From positions 47,681 through 111,680 of the forward strand of contig JBBIGR010000008.1 of NCBI GenBank assembly GCA_037447435.1: a DNA stretch of 64,000 nt. The letters run 5' to 3'. The position numbers and the translations under genes were made by a program. Below are positions 19,064-28,259 of the stretch, piece by piece; the first letter of the stretch is position 1, and the number at the start of each line of letters is the position of its first letter. Source of the DNA: Fibrobacteria bacterium. Its GTDB lineage: Bacteria; Fibrobacterota; Chitinivibrionia; Chitinivibrionales; FEN-1185. Under the pieces are notes generated by a model that was given only the letters and a program-made list of their open reading frames with translations, made no database searches and was not told the DNA's origin.

Positions 19064-20347
19064 TTAGGTAACCAATCTTATCCGTTTATGGGCGATTGCC
19101 ATGATTAAAAAGTTTAAATATGGAAACCAAAATTCCCAGAGCGGAACAGCGTAACTGAATATGATAAAGGGGGCAAGCAAGGCCCACATCGAAATGTTAA
19201 AAATAGTCGGATGATTTATCGTGTTAACATAAAAAATGGTCATGAGCATGCCAAACAAAAGCGGAAGGAAATAAACGCCGAAAACGCCAAAATCCTTGAA
19301 AAAATGCCAAGGGTAAGCAATCGTATTTAATTTACTAACCATTTGTACCGATTCATTCATAATCGTATCGAATTTGTACCCGTGAACAATTACATTTTCC
19401 AATTGCGCAATCCATAAAAACGGCCTGAATAAATCAAAACCCCAACCATGAGGCACCATTGCATTGCCTTCGATGAATTTTTTTATAGCAAAATCCATGT
19501 TCCAGAAATTACACACAACATATGCATACATGTTGGAACACCATAGAAAATCCTTTGATATTTTAAGCTGCTGCATCTGCAAGACCATGCTTAATGAATT
19601 AGATTTTAGTCGCAACAAATAAAATGCGAAAAATAAAACTAAAGATAGTCCGAAAGCAGTCAGGAGGTTGCCGGTAGACAGTTTTTTTCTGCCATAATGG
19701 AACAACATTATGCCAAAAATTATAAAGCGAAATAAGTCGAACCTTGTTACTATCGAAATATATAGGGCCAAAGTAATTATTGAAATGATTATAACCGCAA
19801 GACGTCTACGATCTTTTAAAGAGCCAAAAAGCAACAATTCTAATGAAAGAACCAAAGAAAGGGGACCAAGAAACAAACCAATATTCGAAAATTGGTTGGC
19901 ACTAAAAAACTTCATTCGAGACCAGTCCGGGTCTTTCGTAAAAAGCGGAATTGTTCCGGTTATGAGAAAGGAAACCAGGTAACTTATAAAAAAGAATATG
20001 GAGCATAATAGTAACACATTAAAAAACCAATTCCAATCTGTTGCTTCGGCACTGCGCTTAACGCGGCTTTGAATCGAAATAAAATTTATGGCCGAAAAAG
20101 GATTTTTAATTCTATTGACAATGATGATAATTGTGCTTCCCGCAATAAAGAAAAAAGAGGCCCCCCAAAAAAATAAATGGGTGGTAAGCGCCCAGGGGGT
20201 TTGCAGTCTACTTAAATGAAGGGAATTTATAGCGAGAAGTAATGCGTATATACAAATGTAAATTCTGGCAGGTGAAAATATGTCTTTATTGTAAAACGAT
20301 GCCGTCAAAACCGTTGCTAAGATAATGAGACCAAATACAATCGTCAT
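19064..20347 (-). CDS. oligosaccharide repeat-unit polymerase (Wzy-like), polytopic membrane protein
   Basis: 427 aa with about 10-12 hydrophobic segments. Sits between the GT2 and Wzz genes. No enzymatic motif could be verified by eye. Confidence 0.55.
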   Translation of the reverse strand: MTIVFGLIILATVLTASFYNKDIFSPARIYICIYALLLAINSLHLSRLQTPWALTTHLFFWGASFFFIAGSTIIIIVNRIKNPFSAINFISIQSRVKRSAEATDWNWFFNVLLLCSIFFFISYLVSFLITGTIPLFTKDPDWSRMKFFSANQFSNIGLFLGPLSLVLSLELLLFGSLKDRRRLAVIIISIITLALYISIVTRFDLFRFIIFGIMLFHYGRKKLSTGNLLTAFGLSLVLFFAFYLLRLKSNSLSMVLQMQQLKISKDFLWCSNMYAYVVCNFWNMDFAIKKFIEGNAMVPHGWGFDLFRPFLWIAQLENVIVHGYKFDTIMNESVQMVSKLNTIAYPWHFFKDFGVFGVYFLPLLFGMLMTIFYVNTINHPTIFNISMWALLAPFIIFSYAVPLWEFWFPYLNFLIMAIAHKRIRLVT

Positions 20348-20442
20348 ATTTTGCCTGTTGCTAACCCCGAGCCCATTGCAGCGGGATAAGTTGTAGCTGT
20401 AATTAAATCAACGCTATTTACGAAAAAGAAATTATAACGATA

Positions 20443-21654
20443 CTATGCCGACGGCTTTTTAAAAGACAATAAAGTACGAATGCGCCTTGTTTTTTGGTAC
20501 GACAAAGTATTGTTTTCAGCCTGGATTTTCCACCACTTGTCAAGAAGAATGTAGGTGGTTGTCGCTACGAATCCGCCAAAAAAGAAAAGCAGACAAATAA
20601 TAGAACGTTTTGGTCTTGTCTTTTTTTGGGGATTTTTTGCGTATTCGAGGACCTGAACGGTCGGAACGTTATTGGCTTCGGACATTTTTGCTTGCTCAAA
20701 TAATTGAACCACGAATTCGTAAAGTGTTTCCTGAAGTTTAAGTTTTCCCTTTAGCTCGGCATAGGTTATTGCTTTTTCCGGGGCATGCCGCAATCCAACT
20801 ATCAAATTGCCGCCGCCTTGGTCCATATATCCGGCAATTTTATGATCCAAAACACTTTTTTCCTTTTCCAATTCAGCAACGCGTTGGTTGTTGCCGCCAA
20901 ATTGACTTTTGAGCTGAGCTGCTTCCAAATCCATTCCTAGTTTCTGTCCTTCAAATTGGGCCACTTGCTCTATTGAAGAGCGGACCTGTTGTTCTAAGTC
21001 GATATATTTATTTTCAATTTGGAACCGGGCAAATGCGCGGCTCGCAGAATCAAGGTCTTGTTTAATTAGGGCAACCCGTTCTTCAAAAAAAAGCCTCGAA
21101 TTTCGGGCGCTTTCTTTTGAAAGTTGATAGGTGATGGTGTCGAGCTCATCCACCATGAAATTAGCAATGTCTGCAGCCATAGCTGGACTGGAGTCCGTAA
21201 CAGCAACTTCAATGTTGCCTAAATCGTTTTCTACGAGAGAAAAATTTCTATCAAAAGTCTTGAGAAGATCTTCTACATAATATTTTTTCCTTTTGCTGAA
21301 CCCATATTTATGAACAAGATCAAAACGATCGATGACTTTTTCAGCAAGCCTTCTGCTTTGCAAAATGCTCAAATAACTGTCGCCATCGCCACCGCCACCA
21401 AGAATATCCATCGATTTTAACAGTCCGGACATCGGAAGGTCTTTGCCAATAAGGGAGCCGAGGCCTGTCATTTTTTTTGCGGGTTTCATGATTATTGCCG
21501 TTGCAGTGTAATCTTTGGGCAGTATAATGCTTACCACCACACCGAGAGTGCAAAATAAAAAAATACCAATTAGAAATACCCATTTTCGTTCGAGGACAAT
21601 GATAATAAGGTCTAAAAGGCCGATTTTTTTAACATCTTTTGTGGGGTCTGACAT
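20443..21654 (-). CDS. polysaccharide co-polymerase / chain-length determinant (Wzz/GumC-like, no kinase domain)
   Basis: N-terminal TM (FLIGIFLFCTLGVVVSIIL) within a Wzz-type domain, a long coiled-coil middle and a C-terminal TM (SIICLLFFFGGFVATTTYILL). ATG 21654 is preceded by GGAGA. The ORF opens at TTG 21678. Confidence 0.7.
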   Translation of the reverse strand: MSDPTKDVKKIGLLDLIIIVLERKWVFLIGIFLFCTLGVVVSIILPKDYTATAIIMKPAKKMTGLGSLIGKDLPMSGLLKSMDILGGGGDGDSYLSILQSRRLAEKVIDRFDLVHKYGFSKRKKYYVEDLLKTFDRNFSLVENDLGNIEVAVTDSSPAMAADIANFMVDELDTITYQLSKESARNSRLFFEERVALIKQDLDSASRAFARFQIENKYIDLEQQVRSSIEQVAQFEGQKLGMDLEAAQLKSQFGGNNQRVAELEKEKSVLDHKIAGYMDQGGGNLIVGLRHAPEKAITYAELKGKLKLQETLYEFVVQLFEQAKMSEANNVPTVQVLEYAKNPQKKTRPKRSIICLLFFFGGFVATTTYILLDKWWKIQAENNTLSYQKTRRIRTLLSFKKPSA

Positions 21655-21820
21655 TATGTCTCCGCTTTTGAAACTCAAGAATGAAAGAATCGAATTGAAC
21701 TATTTTCTAAAATAATCCGTGCTGCGTAAAATTTTCGCTGAGATTATATCTACGTTGTTGGTGTAGATAATTTATATATAGACACTAAGACTATTTATAA
21801 ATATAAAACTAGGCACAATC

Positions 21821-22627
21821 ATGACTTCAATGAAAATAACATTTCTTGGAACAGGAACATCCCATGGCGTTCCTTCTATTGACTGTATGTTGAACGACTA
21901 TAGCGATTGTAGAAAAGGTGTATGTAAAGCATCGTTGAATGATCCGTTACACCAACGAACCCGGTCTTCAATTCTAATTGAAACAAACGGAAAGCATTTG
22001 CTTGTCGATGTTTCTTCAGATTTCAGAGTTCAGGCCTTACGCGAGAAAATCCCCAAGTTGGACGCTGTTCTTATTACGCATTGCCATAGCGATCATATTA
22101 GTGGAATTCCCGACATTCGCTCGTATACAAAGTCTCCATTTGGGCCCTTGCCGTTTTATGGGTCATCGGAGAGCATGAATTATATACGAGCAGTTTATCC
22201 GTATATTTTTAATCCTAATGCGTTTTTGGGGGGTGGGATTCCCAATATTGTGCTAAACCCGGTTTCTGGGCTGTTTAATGTAGTTAATTTGCAAATTGAA
22301 TGTTTGCCTGTCGAACATGGTGGATTAAAAGGAGCTTTAGGTTATAAAATCGGCAACGTAGCGTATATTTCCGATGTAAAAGAAATTTCATGTTCAATAA
22401 TAGATTTGATAAAACATGTCGATGTCCTCATTTTAAATTGCTTGCGAGAAAATAAGGTTCATTCGAGCCATCTTACACTTGAGCAAAGCGTAGATATTGC
22501 ACGCACGGTTAAGCCAAAAAAGTGTTTTTTTACTCATATGAGTCATGATATTGATTATCGTGTCGACATTGTAAAACTAGATCCTTGGATGTTTTTCGCC
22601 AACGATGGATTGAAAATTGAATTATGA
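21821..22627 (+). CDS. MBL-fold metallo-hydrolase (PhnP-like)
   Basis: ITFLGTGTSHGVP N-terminus and the HxHxDH motif (THCHSDHISG). Confidence 0.75.
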   Translation: MTSMKITFLGTGTSHGVPSIDCMLNDYSDCRKGVCKASLNDPLHQRTRSSILIETNGKHLLVDVSSDFRVQALREKIPKLDAVLITHCHSDHISGIPDIRSYTKSPFGPLPFYGSSESMNYIRAVYPYIFNPNAFLGGGIPNIVLNPVSGLFNVVNLQIECLPVEHGGLKGALGYKIGNVAYISDVKEISCSIIDLIKHVDVLILNCLRENKVHSSHLTLEQSVDIARTVKPKKCFFTHMSHDIDYRVDIVKLDPWMFFANDGLKIEL

Positions 22628-22722
22628 AATAATGTACCCTCAAATAACTATTCTTTAATTTGAAATTTAAAAAAGTATATTTTATGTGACCTGTAACCTT
22701 AAACCAGTAATCTGAGGTTGTT

Positions 22723-23394
22723 ATGCAATCATATAAAGAAGAATTCATTGCATTCATGGTTAGATCGCAAGTTCTTACTTTTGGTAGTTTTGTAACTAAA
22801 AGTGGCCGTAATACACCGTATTTTATAAATACGGGAAACTATAAAACTGGTCGTCAAATCAAGATGCTTGGAGAATTTTATGCGAAAGCACTGCATGACA
22901 CTCTTGGGAATGATTTTTCTGTCCTATTCGGGCCGGCTTATAAAGGAATTCCTCTTGCAGTAACCACCGCAATTGCGCTTGAAAATTTATTCGGACATGA
23001 TATCAAGGTCAGTTATAATCGGAAAGAAGCTAAAGATCATGGTGAAGGAGGAACCTTGATAGGCCATAAGCCGGTTAAGGGCGACAAACTCGTGATTATC
23101 GATGATGTTATTACTGCAGGTACCTCGGTTCGAGAATCTGTCGAAATGTTATCCACTATTCCGGAGTTAAAATTCCGTGCGTTGGCCATTTCCGTCGACA
23201 GGATGGAGAAAGGACCTCAGGGAATATCGGCACTTGCTGAAGTCTCGCAAACATTTGGGATGAAAGCTATGTCTATTGTATCGTTAGATGATATAGTTGA
23301 ATATTTATTAAATAAACCGATAGATGGTAAGATTGTTTTAGATGATCGGACAATGAGAAGAATTGAAGAATATCGAGCAAAGTTTGGCGTTTAA
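22723..23394 (+). CDS. pyrE: orotate phosphoribosyltransferase
   Basis: Near-collinear with E. coli PyrE as I recall it (LLFGPAYKGIPLA, NRKEAKDHGEGG, the PRPP motif VIIDDVITAGTS and a C-terminal YRAKFGV). Confidence 0.93.
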   Translation: MQSYKEEFIAFMVRSQVLTFGSFVTKSGRNTPYFINTGNYKTGRQIKMLGEFYAKALHDTLGNDFSVLFGPAYKGIPLAVTTAIALENLFGHDIKVSYNRKEAKDHGEGGTLIGHKPVKGDKLVIIDDVITAGTSVRESVEMLSTIPELKFRALAISVDRMEKGPQGISALAEVSQTFGMKAMSIVSLDDIVEYLLNKPIDGKIVLDDRTMRRIEEYRAKFGV

Positions 23395-23438
23395 TAAGTT
23401 GCAATGGCAGAGCTATATATGTTCGGAGTAAAAACAGG

Positions 23439-24002
23439 ATGAAGAGAATCAACGAAAATCCGCCGGCAAGATTCCCAAATCGATCAATTGGCGAAGCGCA
23501 AGGACTTTGGTGGATTGCAAAAATCAAACCAAGAATGGAAAAGGCCCTTGCATTTGATTTTATGAATAGCGAAATAGAGTACTATTTGCCGCTTGTAACG
23601 AAGATTACTCGCCGTAAAGACAATAATAAGCCCCGAAAGTCTATTCTGCCGCTTTTTCCAGGATATATCAGTTTTTGCTCAACGGAAAAAAATGTTTCAA
23701 GTATTTATAAAACCGGCAGGATTGTATCGATCATCCAAATAAAAAACCAAAGACATTTTAGCGAAGAACTATCGCAAATATTCCAAGCTCTTGAATCTGG
23801 AATGGTTTTAGAGCCTGTTCATACTTCCATCCCAATTGGAACGCCTGTGATTGTTTTTGCAGGGCCAATGAAAGGTATACGAGGAATTATTGCTAGAATT
23901 CAGGATTCCGAAAGGCTTATATTAGCGGTAAAAGGGCTTGGTCAGGCATCAATGCAAATCGATTCTGCATATATAAAACCCGATACCGATTATTCCGTAT
24001 AA
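23439..24002 (+). CDS. NusG-family specialised paralog (UpxY/RfaH-like transcription antiterminator)
   Basis: NGN-like N-terminus (WWIAKIKPRMEKALAFDFMNSEIEYYLPL...PLFPGYISF) and a KOW-like C-terminus (GTPVIVFAGPMKGIRGIIARIQD). Located immediately upstream of the 40-kb glycan operon. Confidence 0.7.
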   Translation: MKRINENPPARFPNRSIGEAQGLWWIAKIKPRMEKALAFDFMNSEIEYYLPLVTKITRRKDNNKPRKSILPLFPGYISFCSTEKNVSSIYKTGRIVSIIQIKNQRHFSEELSQIFQALESGMVLEPVHTSIPIGTPVIVFAGPMKGIRGIIARIQDSERLILAVKGLGQASMQIDSAYIKPDTDYSV

Positions 24003-24025
24003 TTTAATTCCATACAATATTAACG

Positions 24026-24054
24026 TTGAATTGAGCGTAAAAGGAATGTATTAT
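24026..24054 (+). promoter_or_regulatory. putative sigma70-like promoter of the glycan operon
   Basis: TTGAAT (24026..24031), a 17-nt spacer, then TATTAT (24049..24054). This would give a leader of about 155 nt before the first CDS. Confidence 0.35.
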
Positions 24055-24216
24055 TTGATGTTAAAGGTTACTGGACTTAATTTATATAAGTATATAGAAA
24101 ATAAAAACTTATAAGCGTACTTTTTTTGAAAGTACCGCCGACCGGGGCAAGGTGCATCCGGTTAAAAAATCAATAAACTTTAAATAGATTTTTTATTTCT
24201 TTCTGAAAGTAATGAA

Positions 24217-24825
24217 TTGTTTCTAAAAAGAAAAAAAACCTTATTTGCTATAATTATTCTCGTTGCTGTCGGTATTTCCACATTTGCATTTCGACATCTT
24301 GCTCAGTGGCTTGTAATATCGGATCCTTTGCCGTTGTCGATAGATGCGATATTTACATTTGCAGGTGAAACGAACCGTCTTGTTTATTCAAAAGAATTAT
24401 ACGGAAAATATAAAGGCGCAGAATGGCTGATCAGTTATCCGTCAAAAAAGATTGCAATACCGCTCCGTAAAGACGGCTTTGATACATCCAGGATACAAAT
24501 AGTGGATTCATGTAAAAATACGAATTCAGAAGTGCTTTTTATAACTAGCTGGGCGGTTGATAAAATAAATAAATCTAACAAGTTTACACGGCAAAATCCT
24601 TTGCAGGTAGGGCTCGTTAGTACGCCGTTTCACATGCGTAGGATTCGTATGCAAATAATGCGCAAAAGTAAGAACGACCTTGTTCGATATTACTTCCTGC
24701 CGGTTCCATATAATAAATGCGGTTTTACAAAAGAAGACTATAAAATGTGGTGGAAAAATTACGTTCTTAAATCCGCAATAATTTTGGAATTAAAAAAAGT
24801 AGTATATTATTTTTTCAAGTATTAA
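24217..24825 (+). CDS. DUF218 (YdcF/SanA/ElyC-like) membrane-anchored protein
   Basis: N-terminal TM, then the pattern AIFTFAGETNRL...DSCKNTNSE...GLVSTPFHMRR typical of DUF218. TTG start, so the start is uncertain. Confidence 0.6.
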   Translation: MFLKRKKTLFAIIILVAVGISTFAFRHLAQWLVISDPLPLSIDAIFTFAGETNRLVYSKELYGKYKGAEWLISYPSKKIAIPLRKDGFDTSRIQIVDSCKNTNSEVLFITSWAVDKINKSNKFTRQNPLQVGLVSTPFHMRRIRMQIMRKSKNDLVRYYFLPVPYNKCGFTKEDYKMWWKNYVLKSAIILELKKVVYYFFKY

Positions 24826-24826
24826 T

Positions 24827-25528
24827 ATGCTTTTGTCAATAATTATACCCTGCTATAACGAAAACAAAACAATAACGCAGCTGCTTGAAAAAGTCCGCAA
24901 TGCGCATCTTCCTGCAGGCGTGACCAGAGAGCTTATTGTTGTTGACGATTGTTCTTCCGACGGGACAATTCAAATTCTTGAGCAAATGAAAGCTGAGGAT
25001 GTTAAAATATATTTCCATGGAAAAAATCAAGGAAAAGGGGCCGCTTTACGTACCGGCTTTTCCCATGCTCAAGGGGATGTCGTCGTTGTGCAGGATGCGG
25101 ATTTAGAGTATAACCCGGAGGAATTCGGGAAACTTTTAAAACCCATTCTCGATGGTCGGGCAGACGTCGTTTTTGGCTCGCGGTTTTGCACTACCGACGA
25201 ACGTCGAGTGTTATATTATTTTCACTTTCTAGGAAATAAACTTCTTACGTTTGTATCCAATATATTTACGAATCTAAACCTTACGGACATGGAAACCTGC
25301 TATAAAATGTTCCGTAAGGAAATCATCGATAAAATTACCATATGCGAAAACCGTTTCGGCTTTGAGCCGGAAATTACCGCCAAAATTGCAAAACAACATT
25401 GCCGCATTTACGAGGTCGGTATTTCCTATTCCGGCCGAACCTATGAAGACGGTAAAAAAATTGGTTTCAAAGATGCTTTCCGAGCAATGTGGTGCATCAT
25501 TAAGTATAATGTGTTTGCTAGAGGGTGA
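24827..25528 (+). CDS. GT2 glycosyltransferase, Dpm1/ArnC-like polyprenyl-phosphate sugar synthase type
   Basis: LSIIIPCYNE...VVDDCSSDGT...GKGAALRTGF...VVQDADLEYNPEEF...VFGSRF. Confidence 0.75.
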   Translation: MLLSIIIPCYNENKTITQLLEKVRNAHLPAGVTRELIVVDDCSSDGTIQILEQMKAEDVKIYFHGKNQGKGAALRTGFSHAQGDVVVVQDADLEYNPEEFGKLLKPILDGRADVVFGSRFCTTDERRVLYYFHFLGNKLLTFVSNIFTNLNLTDMETCYKMFRKEIIDKITICENRFGFEPEITAKIAKQHCRIYEVGISYSGRTYEDGKKIGFKDAFRAMWCIIKYNVFARG

Positions 25529-25532
25529 TTAA

Positions 25533-26483
25533 GTGGTAAATAAAAATTTTGCATTGACCGGTGCTGCGGGGTATATCGCACCGCGGCACATGAAGGCGAT
25601 AAAGGAAACCGGCAATAATCTCGTTGCGGCCTGTGATCCAAAAGACTCTGTTGGTGTACTTGACAAGTATTTTTTTAATGCCCGTTTTTTCCAGGAATTC
25701 GAAAGGTTTGACAGGCATTTGGAGAAATTACGACGCAAAGGCGAGAACGAACGGGTGCATTTTGTGAGTATTTGCTCGCCAAATTTTTTACACGATGCTC
25801 ATATACGCTTTGCACTTCGAATTGGGGCTGATGCCATATGCGAAAAGCCGCTTGTAATAAATCCGTGGAACATTGACGCTTTGCTCGAATTACAGCACGA
25901 ATATGGCAGGAAAATTTATACGGTACTTCAGTTACGCCTTCATCCAGCACTTAAAGCGTTAAAAGAAAAGTTTGCTGTAGAAAACAAAGCTGGTAAACAT
26001 GAAGTAGATCTTACCTACATCACCGCGCGAGGCAATTGGTATTTGGTCTCTTGGAAGGGTCAGATGGAACGGTCGGGCGGACTTGCTACAAACATCGGAG
26101 TGCATTTTTTTGATTTACTCATATGGCTTTTTGGGCCAGTGGAGGGTTTTGAGGTTCATGTTGCCGATGATCAAAAAATCGCAGGATATCTTGAATTGAA
26201 ACATGCACGGGTAAAATGGTTTTTGTCAATCGATATCAGCTATGTGCCTGCCCAGGCTGCTGCTGTTGGAAAAACGACGTTTCGATCCATCGTGATAGAC
26301 GGAAAAGAAGTGGAATTCTCTGAGGGATTTACAGATTTGCATACGGAGATTTATAAGGATATTCTTGCTGGAAACGGTTTTTTTCCCGAGGATGCAAGGG
26401 GCTCTCTCCAATTGGTTCACGATATACGAACAACCCTTCCAATCGGGATTACCCCTAATTCTCATAAATTTTTAAATCCATAG
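25533..26483 (+). CDS. wbpB: Gfo/Idh/MocA oxidoreductase, WbpB/WlbA-like UDP-GlcNAcA 3-dehydrogenase
   Basis: NFALTGAAGYIAPRHMKAIKETG, SICSPNFLH, ICEKPLV, DLTYITARGNWY..SWKG, ATNIGVHFFD and EFSEGFTDLHT all track the P. aeruginosa WbpB sequence as I recall it. 316 aa. GTG start. Confidence 0.75.
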   Translation: MVNKNFALTGAAGYIAPRHMKAIKETGNNLVAACDPKDSVGVLDKYFFNARFFQEFERFDRHLEKLRRKGENERVHFVSICSPNFLHDAHIRFALRIGADAICEKPLVINPWNIDALLELQHEYGRKIYTVLQLRLHPALKALKEKFAVENKAGKHEVDLTYITARGNWYLVSWKGQMERSGGLATNIGVHFFDLLIWLFGPVEGFEVHVADDQKIAGYLELKHARVKWFLSIDISYVPAQAAAVGKTTFRSIVIDGKEVEFSEGFTDLHTEIYKDILAGNGFFPEDARGSLQLVHDIRTTLPIGITPNSHKFLNP

Positions 26484-26496
26484 TCAGGAATTCTCA

Positions 26497-27156
26497 TTGT
26501 CCTATTTCAAGCATGAATCCGCATACATCGATGAACCGTGTTCGATAGGTGATGGAACAAAGATTTGGCATTTTTCCCATGTTATGAAAGGTGCAAAAAT
26601 CGGTACGGAGTGTATACTCGGGCAAAACGTTCAGATTGCAAATGACGTGGTTATTGGCAATAGAGTGAAAATACAAAACAATGTCTCCGTATATGCGGGA
26701 ACAATTATTGAAGACAACGTTTTTTTAGGACCATCTTGTGTTCTGACAAATGTAACTAATCCGCGTTCTGAAGTCAACAGGCATTCCTTATACGAAAAAA
26801 CAGTCATAAGGCGTGGGGCAACGATTGGTGCTAATGCTACTGTTGTTTGCGGCATCATGATAGGGTGCTACGCATTCATTGCGGCGGGCGCAGTTGTTTC
26901 AAAAGACGTACCTGATTATGCTCTCATGATGGGTGTACCGGCGCAGCAAAAAGGATGGATGAGCAGGCATGGACACTATTTAGCCGTTTCGAATAGCCAA
27001 GGCATATTCACTTGCCCTGAAAGCAATTTACATTACAAAATCGAAAACGGTCGAATGAAGTGCATTGATCTTGGTGAAGACGAGATTCTTCCTCTAGCTA
27101 TGTGTTCAGGCTCAAAGACATATGATGAATTTAAACTCCAATCGGCTATAAAATGA
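26497..27156 (+). CDS. wbpD: left-handed beta-helix N-acetyltransferase, WbpD/WlbB-like
   Basis: Hexapeptide repeats. IWHFSHV, LGQNV, GNRVKIQNNVSVY, GPSCVLTNVTNPR, GATIGANATVVCG, GAGAVVSKDVPDYALMMGVPAQQKGWMSRHG match WbpD-type enzymes. TTG start. Confidence 0.7.
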   Translation: MSYFKHESAYIDEPCSIGDGTKIWHFSHVMKGAKIGTECILGQNVQIANDVVIGNRVKIQNNVSVYAGTIIEDNVFLGPSCVLTNVTNPRSEVNRHSLYEKTVIRRGATIGANATVVCGIMIGCYAFIAAGAVVSKDVPDYALMMGVPAQQKGWMSRHGHYLAVSNSQGIFTCPESNLHYKIENGRMKCIDLGEDEILPLAMCSGSKTYDEFKLQSAIK

Positions 27157-28241
27157 AAAAAATCCTGACTGTTATTGGTGCTCGTCCTCAATTTATCAAA
27201 GCCTCTGTTGTGTCCAAAGCAATTATTGAAAGCGGCGAGTTTGAAGAGGTGCTTGTTCATACGGGCCAGCATTATGATAACAATATGTCGAAGATATTTT
27301 TTGACGAACTGGACATTTTACCTCCAAAATATAACCTTGAGATTGGCAGCTGCGGACATGGAGAGCAGACAGGTGAGATGCTTAAACGTCTCGAGCCCAT
27401 AGTAAATTCCGAAAATCCGGACATGGTTCTTATCTATGGCGACACAAATTCCACACTAGCAGGTGCACTAGTAGCTGCAAAAATGAATATCCCGGTAGCA
27501 CATGTTGAAGCGGGCTTACGCTCATTCAATAGGAAGATGCCAGAGGAAATAAACAGGGTAATTGCGGATCATATCTCCACGATTCTGTTTTGTCCCACAA
27601 CGACCGCAGTAAAAAATTTAAAAAATGAAGGTATTATAAACAATGTTTATATCACTGGTGATGTGATGTATGATGTTGCAATACAATTTGTTGAAAAAGC
27701 AAAATCAAAAAGTACTATATTGGCCAAACTGTTACTGACATCAAAAGGCTATATTCTGGTAACTATACACCGTGCCGAAAATACTGACGAAAGATTAAGA
27801 CTTATAAATATCCTCTCGGCGCTTGAAATACTATCATATAATTCCGTCATTATTTTTCCTATGCATCCTCGCACAAAAAAAATGATTGATTCTTTCGGCT
27901 TGAATAATTTTCTGGCGAATATTAAAGTGATTGCCCCTGCGGGATTTCTCGACATGATCAATTTGGAAAGTAATGCAAAACTTATAATGACCGATTCGGG
28001 AGGGGTACAGAAAGAAGCCTATTTTCACAAGACACCTTGTATAACATTGCGAAATGAGACTGAATGGACAGAAACAGTTGATGCCGGATGGAATGTGGTT
28101 GCTGGTAATCGGGATGCTTCAGACATTGTAAGTCTTGCCAATCGAATGCTAGAGTGGACTGGAAATCGAGAGCAAATTGCTGACTACGGTAACGGATGTT
28201 CTGCAAAATCAATTATTACACATCTAGCTGCTCTAAAGTAA
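27153..28241 (+). CDS. wecB: non-hydrolysing UDP-N-acetyl-sugar 2-epimerase (WecB family; WbpI-like by context)
   Basis: ILTVIGARPQFIK, HTGQHYD, GDTNSTLAGAL, HVEAGLRSFNRKMPEEINR, TDSGGVQKEA. ATGA overlap with wbpD. Confidence 0.85.
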   Translation: MKKILTVIGARPQFIKASVVSKAIIESGEFEEVLVHTGQHYDNNMSKIFFDELDILPPKYNLEIGSCGHGEQTGEMLKRLEPIVNSENPDMVLIYGDTNSTLAGALVAAKMNIPVAHVEAGLRSFNRKMPEEINRVIADHISTILFCPTTTAVKNLKNEGIINNVYITGDVMYDVAIQFVEKAKSKSTILAKLLLTSKGYILVTIHRAENTDERLRLINILSALEILSYNSVIIFPMHPRTKKMIDSFGLNNFLANIKVIAPAGFLDMINLESNAKLIMTDSGGVQKEAYFHKTPCITLRNETEWTETVDAGWNVVAGNRDASDIVSLANRMLEWTGNREQIADYGNGCSAKSIITHLAALK

Positions 28242-28259
28242 AAGAGGAGGTCAGTTATC

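Noticed and set aside
21747-21769. 7-bp inverted repeat TATCTAC-N9-GTAGATA in the wzz/MBL divergent region, considered as an operator.
   Set aside because: It is too short, and in an AT-rich intergenic region it can arise by chance.
24212-24226. Mini-uORF ATG AAT TGT TTC TAA overlapping the TTG start of the first operon gene.
   Set aside because: It is only four codons with no SD. It cannot be supported from sequence alone.
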